Origin: Candidatus Hodarchaeota archaeon | GTDB lineage: Archaea; Asgardarchaeota; Heimdallarchaeia; Hodarchaeales; Hodarchaeaceae | Direction: 5' to 3' | Assembly: GCA_016840035.1 (NCBI GenBank) | Contig: JAEOTC010000068.1 | Span: 19,128 to 83,127, forward strand | DNA length: 64,000 bases | In this document: positions 19,224-28,447 of the stretch, piece after piece | Layout of the letters: every line of letters starts with the position of its first letter | Numbering within the stretch: the stretch's first letter is position 1 | The notes under the pieces: generated by a model | The model's database searches: none | The model's input: the letters and a program-made list of their open reading frames with translations, nothing else | Told to the model about the DNA's origin: nothing | Position numbers and translations under genes: made by a program

Positions 19224-21830
19224 CTACTTAGGAATTTCTAACTTATCTATTAAGAGAGTAATTTTATTTTCACTTTTTTTCTCATTTATAGCTTTCATTA
19301 TCCTCTGGATTCCCTCAAGCTCATGGATTATTCCATTCAAAAACGAAAGAATATCCCCTGGATAAACGAGAAGTTCAAAATAAGAAAAACTCCTCGAAAT
19401 CTGTACTATATTTTTTCCCTCAAGTCGTTTGTTAACAATATATCTGCCAATCTGCTCTGATCCATGTTGACAAAATGGATTTTCTGGGCATGCACAGGTG
19501 AAGAAATTCTGAGTCCATTTTGCAAAGGTTGACAAACACCATTTATTTAGCTCTGTTGCCTCCTTTCCTTTAAGAGTAGCGCTCATCACATCTAAAACAG
19601 GACTATTGATCAAGCGTGTAGAGAACCTCATATGATATGTTTTCTCAAGATAAGAATGAAGCTTCTTTGACAAATAGACATTCTGAGGTTGGTTCATTTC
19701 TAGGGCAATTGATAGAAAATGTTCTTTTCTTCTAATTAATGAAACAATGTTGATTATTTTTTCGGGGGAAAAGAAAGAAAGAGTCCCAGCCTTTCCTAGA
19801 GGAGTAACTTCCAAATATCGTTGTTTATCCTCGAAAACTATAGAAATCAACGATTTCCGAATTAGGTTGTTCGTAATTTGCATGAAATTATGATTTGCAG
19901 TTCCTATCATATTCTCATATATCTTTTTAACCTCAGAAGGCAGTATCCTAGGCTTAATTGAGCATAATGATATTATTTGCTCTGCACAAGCGTTTTCATC
20001 GTAATCAGGGGAAATTGGGGTAAGATCCGAATTTACTAACTCCAATGCAATTTCAACTTCAGATTTGGAATCCATTGTAGAAACAGACTCCCCTAAACAG
20101 AGAAAAACAGCATATCCACGATCGTGTTTTCCCAGTCTTCCTGCTCTTCCAATCATCTGTGTGAAAGTATTCGGATCCAGTATTTGATTCCCCATCAACA
20201 TTGATTCAAATATGACTTGAGAAGCAGGAAAATCTACACCTGCTCCTAATGCATATGTTGCAACAATTGCTGTACATTTTCCTGAAGAGAAATCAGTCTC
20301 GATTTGTTTCCGAAGTGTATAAGACAGACCTGAGTGGTAAGCTTGAGCATTTTTTAAACCAGATTCACGTAAATATTCTGATATTTCATTTGTTTTTCTT
20401 CTTGAATTTGTAAAAACGATCGTTTGCCCTTTATAACCGAATCTTGATTTTCTTTTTAGCTCTGTTTGAATTAAAATGGTTATTTGTCGAAGTTTTTCAT
20501 GTGTACTTCTGGATATTAATAAATGTTGTTCTAACGGAATTGGTCTATGATCTACCGTTACTAATTTTAATGAAAGATCATTTGCAAATTGGATAGGATT
20601 TCCAATAGTTGCAGAAAGGCCTATAATTTGAACGTTCTTTGAATAAGACCGAATTTTTGCCTGTAAGCAATCTAACATTGGTCCCCTATCTGGATCGGCT
20701 AATGTTTGAATTTCATCAATTACGATACAACCAATGTCATTGAAATTAATTTGTCCTCCACGAATTAAGAGGTCTAATCCTTCATACGTTGCAATAACAA
20801 TATCTGATTTATGAATGGAAAATCGAGTTTGATAAAACGTTTTTTTTTCTTTTATAGTGTTAAATATGCGAGATCTTCCAGTACGAATTCCTACTTGATA
20901 CTTGTCCCCATAGCTTTTCTTAAACTCCTCATATTTTGTATTCGCTAAAGCGACCAGAGGTACAACAAAGATGAATTTCTTTTTCTTTTTTACTGTTGAA
21001 ATTCCAGCAATTTCTCCTATTAGAGTTTTTCCCGCGCTGGTATTCGCAATAATTAGTATATCCCTATTTCTGAGTAATCCATTCTTTAAAGCTTCGTTTT
21101 GAATAGGAAGTAGGTCCTTTATTCCCCTTTTTAGGAAATTTTTCTTTAAGTCATTATCAATTTGAGAACTTTTTACTGATTGTGGATCAGAAGCTGGACT
21201 TCGTGTATCTGCTCTCTTTATTAATGTTAGATCACTCAGATTCGCATTTCCTTGCGTTAATGTCTCCGTGACTGGATGTATGTCATGAAAGCGATCCAAA
21301 ATTGACACTGCATATTTTCTAAATCCAGGATTACCTAGTAAGTTAATTTTTTTCGATTCTAATTCTTTCTCTAATTCTTGTAGTGCACAATTTTTGCATA
21401 TTTCGCGATCATATGCTTTGTAGTTTCCTTTAGGTTTTAACAATGATATTTTTTCTGTAAACAAGCAGAAAGGGCAGAAATTTCGTTCAGAAAATTTAAC
21501 TGAAAGATTAAAATCATTGCTAAACTGAATTAATCCATCTTTTTCCTTTTTAGGAAGATCTTTGGTTAGAAAAACATATTTTGATTTTGAAAGAATCTCT
21601 TGAATAGTATTTTCAGGAGGGGATGCTTTCCATTTACCATGTTCCTCCCAAAAAATTTGCTGTGGACGCCATAGTTTCTCTCTTTTGTAATAATATTTAA
21701 TTTTTCCTTTAAGGCGAGGTTTCCTTTGAATGAGCTTACCTTTTGAAAATCCTAAGATCTGGAGGGTATTTTCTTGCTTGGATGGAGCGAATATGACTGT
21801 ATAAAATAATGAATTCGGAAACATGTTCAT
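19224..21830 (-). CDS. superfamily II DEAD/DEAH-box helicase (Ski2/Hel308-like core) with ~240-aa Cys-rich N-terminal extension
   Basis: Motif I ANTSAGKT, motif II VIDEIQ, motif III LSAT and motif VI QMIGRAGRLG. N-terminal CPFC...CKNC and C-terminal CACPENPFC cysteine clusters. Confidence 0.85.
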   Translation of the reverse strand: MNMFPNSLFYTVIFAPSKQENTLQILGFSKGKLIQRKPRLKGKIKYYYKREKLWRPQQIFWEEHGKWKASPPENTIQEILSKSKYVFLTKDLPKKEKDGLIQFSNDFNLSVKFSERNFCPFCLFTEKISLLKPKGNYKAYDREICKNCALQELEKELESKKINLLGNPGFRKYAVSILDRFHDIHPVTETLTQGNANLSDLTLIKRADTRSPASDPQSVKSSQIDNDLKKNFLKRGIKDLLPIQNEALKNGLLRNRDILIIANTSAGKTLIGEIAGISTVKKKKKFIFVVPLVALANTKYEEFKKSYGDKYQVGIRTGRSRIFNTIKEKKTFYQTRFSIHKSDIVIATYEGLDLLIRGGQINFNDIGCIVIDEIQTLADPDRGPMLDCLQAKIRSYSKNVQIIGLSATIGNPIQFANDLSLKLVTVDHRPIPLEQHLLISRSTHEKLRQITILIQTELKRKSRFGYKGQTIVFTNSRRKTNEISEYLRESGLKNAQAYHSGLSYTLRKQIETDFSSGKCTAIVATYALGAGVDFPASQVIFESMLMGNQILDPNTFTQMIGRAGRLGKHDRGYAVFLCLGESVSTMDSKSEVEIALELVNSDLTPISPDYDENACAEQIISLCSIKPRILPSEVKKIYENMIGTANHNFMQITNNLIRKSLISIVFEDKQRYLEVTPLGKAGTLSFFSPEKIINIVSLIRRKEHFLSIALEMNQPQNVYLSKKLHSYLEKTYHMRFSTRLINSPVLDVMSATLKGKEATELNKWCLSTFAKWTQNFFTCACPENPFCQHGSEQIGRYIVNKRLEGKNIVQISRSFSYFELLVYPGDILSFLNGIIHELEGIQRIMKAINEKKSENKITLLIDKLEIPK

Positions 21831-21863
21831 TAGAATGAGTATTGTTGCTAGTAAAAAAGCAAA

Positions 21864-22397
21864 GTGTTAAAAAATATGAGTTCTTCCTTATGTTCAAAGA
21901 TACATCAGAATGAGGAGATAAACTTGCCAATTTGTTCTAAATGTGGATCTTATTATAGCGAAGCTTCATGCACATTCTGTACGCCTGATGATTCCCCTAA
22001 ATCCCCTGTATCAACAGTAAATGTCGAAGAAAAGAGTTCAGTGAGATTGATAGACCCACTTGAGTTGCTTGATTCAATCGAAAAAACTGAAGCTGAATTT
22101 AACGAATTAAATGAAGTTAAAACCGCGGAACTAAAGGAATTAGAAACTGAGGTCTCTACACTTCAAGAGAGAGAGAAAGAGATATTATTAGAAATAGAAC
22201 CCCTGAACTCACAAATTTCACAACTTGAATCTTCTCTTAAGGAGAAAGAGGAAGAAATCGTTACTCTAACTGGTAATAGTCAGAGTCTGCTAGAAGAAAC
22301 AAATGCACTTAAAGCAAGAATTCTTAGTCTTGAGACTAATAAGGTTGCATTGAATGAAGAAGTTAATGAGTTAAAAAACACCCTTGGAGTGGAATAG
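21864..22397 (+). CDS. zinc-ribbon + coiled-coil protein (paralog 1)
   Basis: PICSKCGSYYSEASCTFCTP followed by ~120 aa of heptad-rich E/K/L sequence. The likely true start is the TTG at 21924, preceded by GAGGAG (21912-21917). Confidence 0.7.
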   Translation: MLKNMSSSLCSKIHQNEEINLPICSKCGSYYSEASCTFCTPDDSPKSPVSTVNVEEKSSVRLIDPLELLDSIEKTEAEFNELNEVKTAELKELETEVSTLQEREKEILLEIEPLNSQISQLESSLKEKEEEIVTLTGNSQSLLEETNALKARILSLETNKVALNEEVNELKNTLGVE

Positions 22398-22399
22398 AA

Positions 22400-22888
22400 G
22401 TGCCCAAATGTCTGAAATGTGGTTCATATTATATTCGTGCGCCGTGTCCTGTTTGTTCCCCACCTGGAGTGGGACAACTAATTGAAGATTCAAAGGAAGC
22501 TAAAGGAAAATCAGTTGAGGAACTCCAGACAGAGCTAGAAACTCTTTCCGCAAAATTCAAGAGTCAAGAAACCGAATACGATCAGAAAATAAGAGATGTG
22601 AAGACGCAAATACACTCATTAGAGGATCAGAATCAAAGCCACGAAGTTAGTAAAATCAATTTGAATGAGAAGATTTCAAATTTACAAAAAGAAATCGAAA
22701 TGAAAGGAGTAAAAGTGGAGGAAGTTAAGAAAAATATTGAAAACCTATACTCTGAAAAATCAACGGCTTCAGGAAAAATTGCTACATTGGAAACAGAAAT
22801 AGTAAACGTAAAATCGACAATTCAGTCCTTAAACGAGAGAATTCAAGAAAAAAAGAAACTGGACGAAGAGCAAATAGGTACCGAGTAG
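22400..22888 (+). CDS. zinc-ribbon + coiled-coil protein (paralog 2)
   Basis: MPKCLKCGSYYIRAPCPVCSP followed by a coiled coil. GTG start 2 nt after the stop of paralog 1, with GGAGTGG upstream. Confidence 0.7.
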   Translation: MPKCLKCGSYYIRAPCPVCSPPGVGQLIEDSKEAKGKSVEELQTELETLSAKFKSQETEYDQKIRDVKTQIHSLEDQNQSHEVSKINLNEKISNLQKEIEMKGVKVEEVKKNIENLYSEKSTASGKIATLETEIVNVKSTIQSLNERIQEKKKLDEEQIGTE

Positions 22889-22971
22889 AGAATAGCTTTG
22901 AATTATAAGCTCTAAGGCAAGAGATAATTTTCTTTCTACAGAGAGAACTAATGATGGTAATGGGAAGATAG

Positions 22972-23358
22972 ATGGAAAAGCTAGCTCAATTCGAGAGATC
23001 TTTTGCCTCTTATGACATAACTACAATCATCTATTCAAAAAAAAATGGATTGGTTGTTGATATCCTAACTCCGAATGAACATTTGGGTGGTGTTGGAGTC
23101 GGAATTCCGTATACACGAAAAAATGGCGCTAAATCAGCAAATTTTCATTGTATTGCGTTTCCAGCTCATCGTGATTCCGAACTAGCTGGACGATTAGCCC
23201 AGACCATGGCTAAATACACAGAACTACCTGTAATAGTTCTTCTTGGGATTCACATTCCTGACATCACAGAAGCAGAAATTACTGATCTAACAGAATTTTT
23301 CTTAGGTTGGTTCAAAGAAATTGGTTCTAATTTGAATGAGAATTTCTCCTCAAATTGA
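22972..23358 (+). CDS. small alpha/beta protein, tentatively LpdD-like (prenylated-flavin chaperone-like) domain
   Basis: GLVVDILTPNEHLGGVGVG ... FPAHRDSELAGRLAQTMAKY ... LLGIHIPDITEAEI resembles LpdD LLIVVTGGTNPHIGDV ... FPSHDGRFHKD ... AGIHVNQITKAQI, as I recall it. Confidence 0.35.
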   Translation: MEKLAQFERSFASYDITTIIYSKKNGLVVDILTPNEHLGGVGVGIPYTRKNGAKSANFHCIAFPAHRDSELAGRLAQTMAKYTELPVIVLLGIHIPDITEAEITDLTEFFLGWFKEIGSNLNENFSSN

Positions 23359-26300
23359 AATACAGCAGGGTAACGAAAGTAACCGTCATAATCAGTATTA
23401 ACGCTTCATGAAGCTCAATGATAGGATCGGGAGTAAGAGTAGATACAATCTTAAATCCAGGATCCAAATCACCAATTTTTAGATTCGGGGAAATACCAGT
23501 TGAGGTATATACAGAGATTGTATAGGTATTAGGAGTTAAACTTGCAGGAGGAATTGATAACACATAGATATGGGTATTGTTCTCCTTAATTGCTGATGTG
23601 ATACTCGGAAGAGATTGATTAAGTCTTCCAATCTTTCCTTTAATATCTAATATGCCGTAAAGATTGATATTTGGGACTGGAATATTGGAGAACTCTGAAT
23701 TAACTACCTCAAAGGAGATTGAGATAACAGAGGCGGTATCAATTGCATAGACTGGCAATCCATCCGAATTGTTGAGGCTATAATATTCTACATTAGTAAT
23801 GGCATAATTTCCAGAGAGAGTAAGATTGAAGCTCATTTGTTTTAAAGGATCAGATGGATCTCGTAAATCGACATATGAGTTGTTCCATTTGGTTTTAATC
23901 TTAAATCGTGTTCTAAAAGTTGTTTCAGGAAGGTTCGGATTAATAGATGCACTCATGTAGACAGATTCATTTACTTGTCTAATTTTAAAGAGTTGTATAA
24001 ATTTTAAATCCTCAGATACATTCACAAGTCCTCCAATTATATCTATATTTGCATCAGTAATATTGTAGATTCCTGAAGGTGTGGAGATCCCTACTACGGT
24101 AGTAGTATTGAGAGTTTCACCGTAATATATAGTATAGCCCTCTGACACAGAGATATCTTTTCGTTGATCTGTTTCAATAGTTGTCTGGTATAAGACTGGA
24201 GTTCCTCCTATCTGAATTTGAGAAAGTGTACTGTTCGAAATCTTGTCAATCTGATAGGAGGAGGAAGTATTCCAGCTTAATTTTACAGTCAGATTATAAT
24301 GACCTGTAAGATACTGGATTGGACAGATTTCATTGATACTTGTATAAGTATTTCCAGATACATAAGATAAGTTAACATTGAAGGTTTCTGTCTGAGTTTC
24401 ATTGCTGATAAAAAGCAGTGATGCGTTCGCATTGGATGTGAAAAAACCATTTGTATATTCCAGTGAAACATTAAGATTCATCGGTAAACCTGGATAGTAT
24501 ATAGGTAATTTAGATATATTTACTAGTCTTACATTACCAGATACATCTAAAAGAAAATTTGTCTCTAAAACTGTGAAAGAATTATTGAATCTTAATTCTA
24601 AGTCCCATGTGCCTAGAAGTGAATCATTTGCAAAGGGAATTTCAAATTTAAAGGAGGTAGTTGTTTGGTTCAACGGTTCATAAACGAGTAAAATGCTAGT
24701 TTCACTATTTGGTGAAGTAATATTTGCAGATAAGCTTCCTGTGGTAATATTCAATGTTTCATAAGTGATTACAGATCTATTTTGATAGTACACTGTTGCA
24801 TTCAATGTTACACCTGGTTTAATCAATGTAGTGCCAAAATCATACCTTGGTGCATAACCTACCATAACAGTAGAGTTCTTTAGATAGACCGGAGAACGAA
24901 TAACAGGTAAATTTCGAATAGAAAGATGATTAACAACTTTGTGAGACCCCAAAGTCCAGTTGAAAACTCCATTACTATCATTTTCTATATCGACCGTGTA
25001 TTTAGCACTAGACTCTCTCGTGAATACTTCATTATTTTCTGAATAGGAGGGATGTGTTATTTCCCAATTATCTATCGTTGTTGTTAAACTTAGGGAACCA
25101 TGAGATTTGAAATCAAAAAGCTTCATCCCTAGATCGAATGATGAAATCTCTCCTTGAATAAGATAGTTGGATTGATTAATTCTCTGGTTTGATTGATAAT
25201 ATCCTGTTGTTAAATCAAGATCGATTGACTCAAATACTGAAAGGGATAGTAGATATACTAACGAAGCATAATAAGTGTCATGAATGTTTATACGATTATT
25301 GCTATTTGGATCTGAATATGTGACGTTATTTGGCCCAAATCCACCAATATCCAATGTTTCAGATGTAATATACGTTCTATTTTCTCGTTTCAAGAATTGA
25401 GAAGAATTGACGAAATTTAATGCCTCTGTATGGTCAATGTCATCTGTTAAGTTAAGTAAATGACTAATTGCATAAACTATACCCGTTTCTTTTATTGTAG
25501 CATCTTCGTCGAAACCATACCCTCCTTTGGTCATCCCTGAATCTTTAAGTAACGTGGGTAACCAAGATTGTATCGGGATTTGGTAATCAATCAAGGTTTC
25601 TGGTAAAACAATTCCCAATATCTTTGAAAAATTTTCAAGAACTTCAATTGCTTTAAGAGCATACCAAGTTTCTTCTATCGGAGTCTGAAAGCTTGTATTA
25701 TCATGAAAATATGTAGTATCAATCAAAAAACTGTTAATAAAATTAAAAATATTCAATGAATAATTTGTCATAAAGTCTAGAATGGTTTGATTTACTACAG
25801 GTGTGATTGCGGGGGCTTTCACTTCGTGAATGACATTGTAAATCAGATTTAAAATCGATAATGCCTGAGATGTTGTTTTTAGACTTGGCTTTTGGTTTTT
25901 CTCAAAGAATCCATATTCGTCTAAGTTAAATGCATTCAAGATTGTGTAATTCATAATATCAGGTGTAATCGGATTTAATTGAAGTGTCAATTCGTCCATT
26001 AACCAAAGAGTATTAACAACTCCGAATGTTCCTTCAATAGACGGATTGGAAACAATAGGACTAAGTCGATATCCTCCTGATCCACTCTCATCTTTTAAAT
26101 CAATAGTTAGTTTGTTAGCTATAGCTACTTCATAATCTTGCCATTTTGAGAAAAATTGATAATAATCTAAACCGAAAATTCGTAATACTGCCAAAGCTTC
26201 ATAGGTAGCGATAGATGTTGAGAACCCGTCGACTGACTCAAAGAAGATTGCTTCAGTAGTATCGTAGAGACTGTTAATATAATCTGCTAATGATTCCACA

Positions 26301-26521
26301 TCAAATGAATAGTTGCCAATAAAATTTTTTTCAGCTAACACACTATACGAAATCTCTGAGGGAAATGATTCTTCTAATTTTTCGTTTGATGTTTGTTGGT
26401 ATTCGTTCAATGAAGCGGTGGGACTGGATAGAATAGTTAAAGGACCGATCATTAAAATAATGATAAATGCTCCTTCTACCATTTTCCGATATCTATTAAA
26501 TTTGATTCTACGGATATGCAT
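23327..26521 (-). CDS. giant membrane-anchored surface protein: N-terminal alpha/alpha-toroid-like repeats + beta-rich region + C-terminal TM anchor
   Basis: The track ORF extends to 26635, but the ATG at 26521 (MHIRRIKFNRYRKMVEGAFIIILMIGPLTILSS) gives a signal-anchor. About 6 repeats have a G-G-[FY]...T..AL..L pattern (SGGYRLSP..., KGGYGFDED..., IGGFGPNN...). Dozens of N-x-S/T sequons. C-terminal TM ALILIMTVTFVTLLYF followed by a basic tail. Confidence 0.75.
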   Translation of the reverse strand: MHIRRIKFNRYRKMVEGAFIIILMIGPLTILSSPTASLNEYQQTSNEKLEESFPSEISYSVLAEKNFIGNYSFDVESLADYINSLYDTTEAIFFESVDGFSTSIATYEALAVLRIFGLDYYQFFSKWQDYEVAIANKLTIDLKDESGSGGYRLSPIVSNPSIEGTFGVVNTLWLMDELTLQLNPITPDIMNYTILNAFNLDEYGFFEKNQKPSLKTTSQALSILNLIYNVIHEVKAPAITPVVNQTILDFMTNYSLNIFNFINSFLIDTTYFHDNTSFQTPIEETWYALKAIEVLENFSKILGIVLPETLIDYQIPIQSWLPTLLKDSGMTKGGYGFDEDATIKETGIVYAISHLLNLTDDIDHTEALNFVNSSQFLKRENRTYITSETLDIGGFGPNNVTYSDPNSNNRINIHDTYYASLVYLLSLSVFESIDLDLTTGYYQSNQRINQSNYLIQGEISSFDLGMKLFDFKSHGSLSLTTTIDNWEITHPSYSENNEVFTRESSAKYTVDIENDSNGVFNWTLGSHKVVNHLSIRNLPVIRSPVYLKNSTVMVGYAPRYDFGTTLIKPGVTLNATVYYQNRSVITYETLNITTGSLSANITSPNSETSILLVYEPLNQTTTSFKFEIPFANDSLLGTWDLELRFNNSFTVLETNFLLDVSGNVRLVNISKLPIYYPGLPMNLNVSLEYTNGFFTSNANASLLFISNETQTETFNVNLSYVSGNTYTSINEICPIQYLTGHYNLTVKLSWNTSSSYQIDKISNSTLSQIQIGGTPVLYQTTIETDQRKDISVSEGYTIYYGETLNTTTVVGISTPSGIYNITDANIDIIGGLVNVSEDLKFIQLFKIRQVNESVYMSASINPNLPETTFRTRFKIKTKWNNSYVDLRDPSDPLKQMSFNLTLSGNYAITNVEYYSLNNSDGLPVYAIDTASVISISFEVVNSEFSNIPVPNINLYGILDIKGKIGRLNQSLPSITSAIKENNTHIYVLSIPPASLTPNTYTISVYTSTGISPNLKIGDLDPGFKIVSTLTPDPIIELHEALILIMTVTFVTLLYFNLRRNSHSN

Positions 26522-26681
26522 TTCTCTTTCACGCCGAGTAATGACTTGAATACTGAAACTTAGACAGAAGGAGAAGGATTTCTTTGAAAATATTATCCTT
26601 TCGGAAAATACGTTTACATGACTCAATATTTTCAAAAGAAGCCATTAAAGCGAAAATTCTAAATGAGAATTCTCACCTCGT

Positions 26682-27110
26682 TTGAATGACGAATTACGCA
26701 TATTTAGGTTGAAATTTACGATGGGTAGAAATCTAGAGGATCAAATGCGATTATCAATGAGAGGGATATTGTCGAAACAAATGATAGCAGGAGGAGAAAA
26801 AAACAGGGTTATTGCATCATTTGTAAGTGATGATAATGGCTTTCCTTTAACGGGAATGAAAAAATCTGGAGATTCCATTATTGATATGGATTCGAAAGAA
26901 TTTGAGCAAATATCTGCATTAATTCCTCAAATTTGGGGTGCAACTGATGGCTCTACTAGAGATTTAGAATTATTAAGTTTGAAAGATAGTTCAATAAATC
27001 ACATAACAGTGGGTTTTAAAGATGAAAACGATTCCACTCCAAACTTCGAGTTATTGATTGCACGTCTAGATGAATTATACATATCTTCCCTCTTTAAATC
27101 AAGAAAATAG
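26682..27110 (+). CDS. Roadblock/LC7 (MglB-like) domain protein, tentative
   Basis: VIASFVSDDNGFPLTG ... ISALIPQIWGATDG ... INHITVGF ... FELLIARLD fits the alpha-beta-beta...alpha Robl_LC7 pattern (V.ga.lvd.dGlpla). 142 aa. Confidence 0.5.
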   Translation: MNDELRIFRLKFTMGRNLEDQMRLSMRGILSKQMIAGGEKNRVIASFVSDDNGFPLTGMKKSGDSIIDMDSKEFEQISALIPQIWGATDGSTRDLELLSLKDSSINHITVGFKDENDSTPNFELLIARLDELYISSLFKSRK

Positions 27111-27118
27111 GTGTCTAC

Positions 27119-28369
27119 ATGTCAAAAGCAGAAGTAGCGGCTAAAATTGTAGAAATTCAAAAACACAAGAAAAAAACCATAAACGTTGCATTCGATAAAA
27201 GTCAGAAAATAAGGAGTGCAATTAAAAAACATAGAAAGAAAATTCTTGAGGATACGCAAAAGCTAATTACAGAAACAGATCCTCAACTCACAGAGGAGGG
27301 GGTTCAAAAAATCACGAAAAAGGGGAAAATTTATTTTAGATCTCTCAAAGCATTTAATCCCTTCCTTCATTTCATTGATTCGGAATTATCGAAACTAAAG
27401 ATTCCAAAAGTGAAGAAAAAATTAACATCTTCAGAACTAAATCAGTTTGTAAGAAATCTATCAAGAATGGTGAATGACATCAATAAGGAAAAAGCACAGG
27501 TAGATGCGGTTATGGGGCTTGATTTCATGCTGAAAAAGCGAGGAATTTATGCTGCCTTCTCAAAAATAACTTCTGAGCTGAATAATATTCGTGATTTACA
27601 AAAAGAAGAGTATTCCGTTGTCAAAGCAATTGAAGATTTGGAATCGATTATTCGAGACATAGAAAATATACAGGAGAAAACTGAACAGCTAGAGGGGGAG
27701 AAATCTGACCTGGAGGCAGAGCTTAAATTAGTTGAAGAAGCCCTTAGTAAAAAAGAAGAAATAAGAACAGCTCTAGTTACAAATCCATTAATTAGTAATT
27801 CTCGACAACGGGGAATCAGGATGACTGAACTCGAAATCGAAATGGGTACGCATTTGAACTCCTTTAAGAAAATTTTTAAGAAATATGCTCGTGAGGTACA
27901 AAGAGGAAGCATTTCAGGAGAATTTGGTCTTGTAAATACTGCTTTGAGTTATCAAGAAAATCCAGTCCAGAAGTTCCTAGAAGAACCAGACAACAACCCC
28001 GAAATTTCTGCACTAATGGAAGAGCTCATCACAGTCGGAGAAAAAAATTTACACCTTAAACAAAAGAATATTAGTAATCTGAGTAAGGCCTTAAAAAAGA
28101 TTCAAGAAGGAAAGTTGAATATTCAAAAGAATGAATGGCATGACTTGAAGCAGAAAAAAAACCGAGATGATGAATCTGCTGACTTTAAAAAAATAAATGG
28201 GGAGCTTATTGAGTGTGAGGATGAGATAAATAGTATAGAGGAAAAAATATCGGGAATAAACGAGACTGTTTCTCTGAAGTTACGCGAACTCGCAAACCTT
28301 TCGGAATCTTTAGAAAGTAGACAAAATCGCTCTCTGGAGATTACTGAAGAAGTTATGAATCAACCATAA
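27119..28369 (+). CDS. coiled-coil protein, unknown function
   Basis: 416 aa, K/E/L/I-rich with long heptad stretches. It starts 8 nt after the Roadblock-like gene. Confidence 0.7.
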   Translation: MSKAEVAAKIVEIQKHKKKTINVAFDKSQKIRSAIKKHRKKILEDTQKLITETDPQLTEEGVQKITKKGKIYFRSLKAFNPFLHFIDSELSKLKIPKVKKKLTSSELNQFVRNLSRMVNDINKEKAQVDAVMGLDFMLKKRGIYAAFSKITSELNNIRDLQKEEYSVVKAIEDLESIIRDIENIQEKTEQLEGEKSDLEAELKLVEEALSKKEEIRTALVTNPLISNSRQRGIRMTELEIEMGTHLNSFKKIFKKYAREVQRGSISGEFGLVNTALSYQENPVQKFLEEPDNNPEISALMEELITVGEKNLHLKQKNISNLSKALKKIQEGKLNIQKNEWHDLKQKKNRDDESADFKKINGELIECEDEINSIEEKISGINETVSLKLRELANLSESLESRQNRSLEITEEVMNQP

Positions 28370-28447
28370 CCTAAATTGAGTAATCTTCTCCCTCATATAT
28401 TTGGTTTTTATTTGCGTTTTTTCTCCTTACTCAATTCTCAAGTAGGT

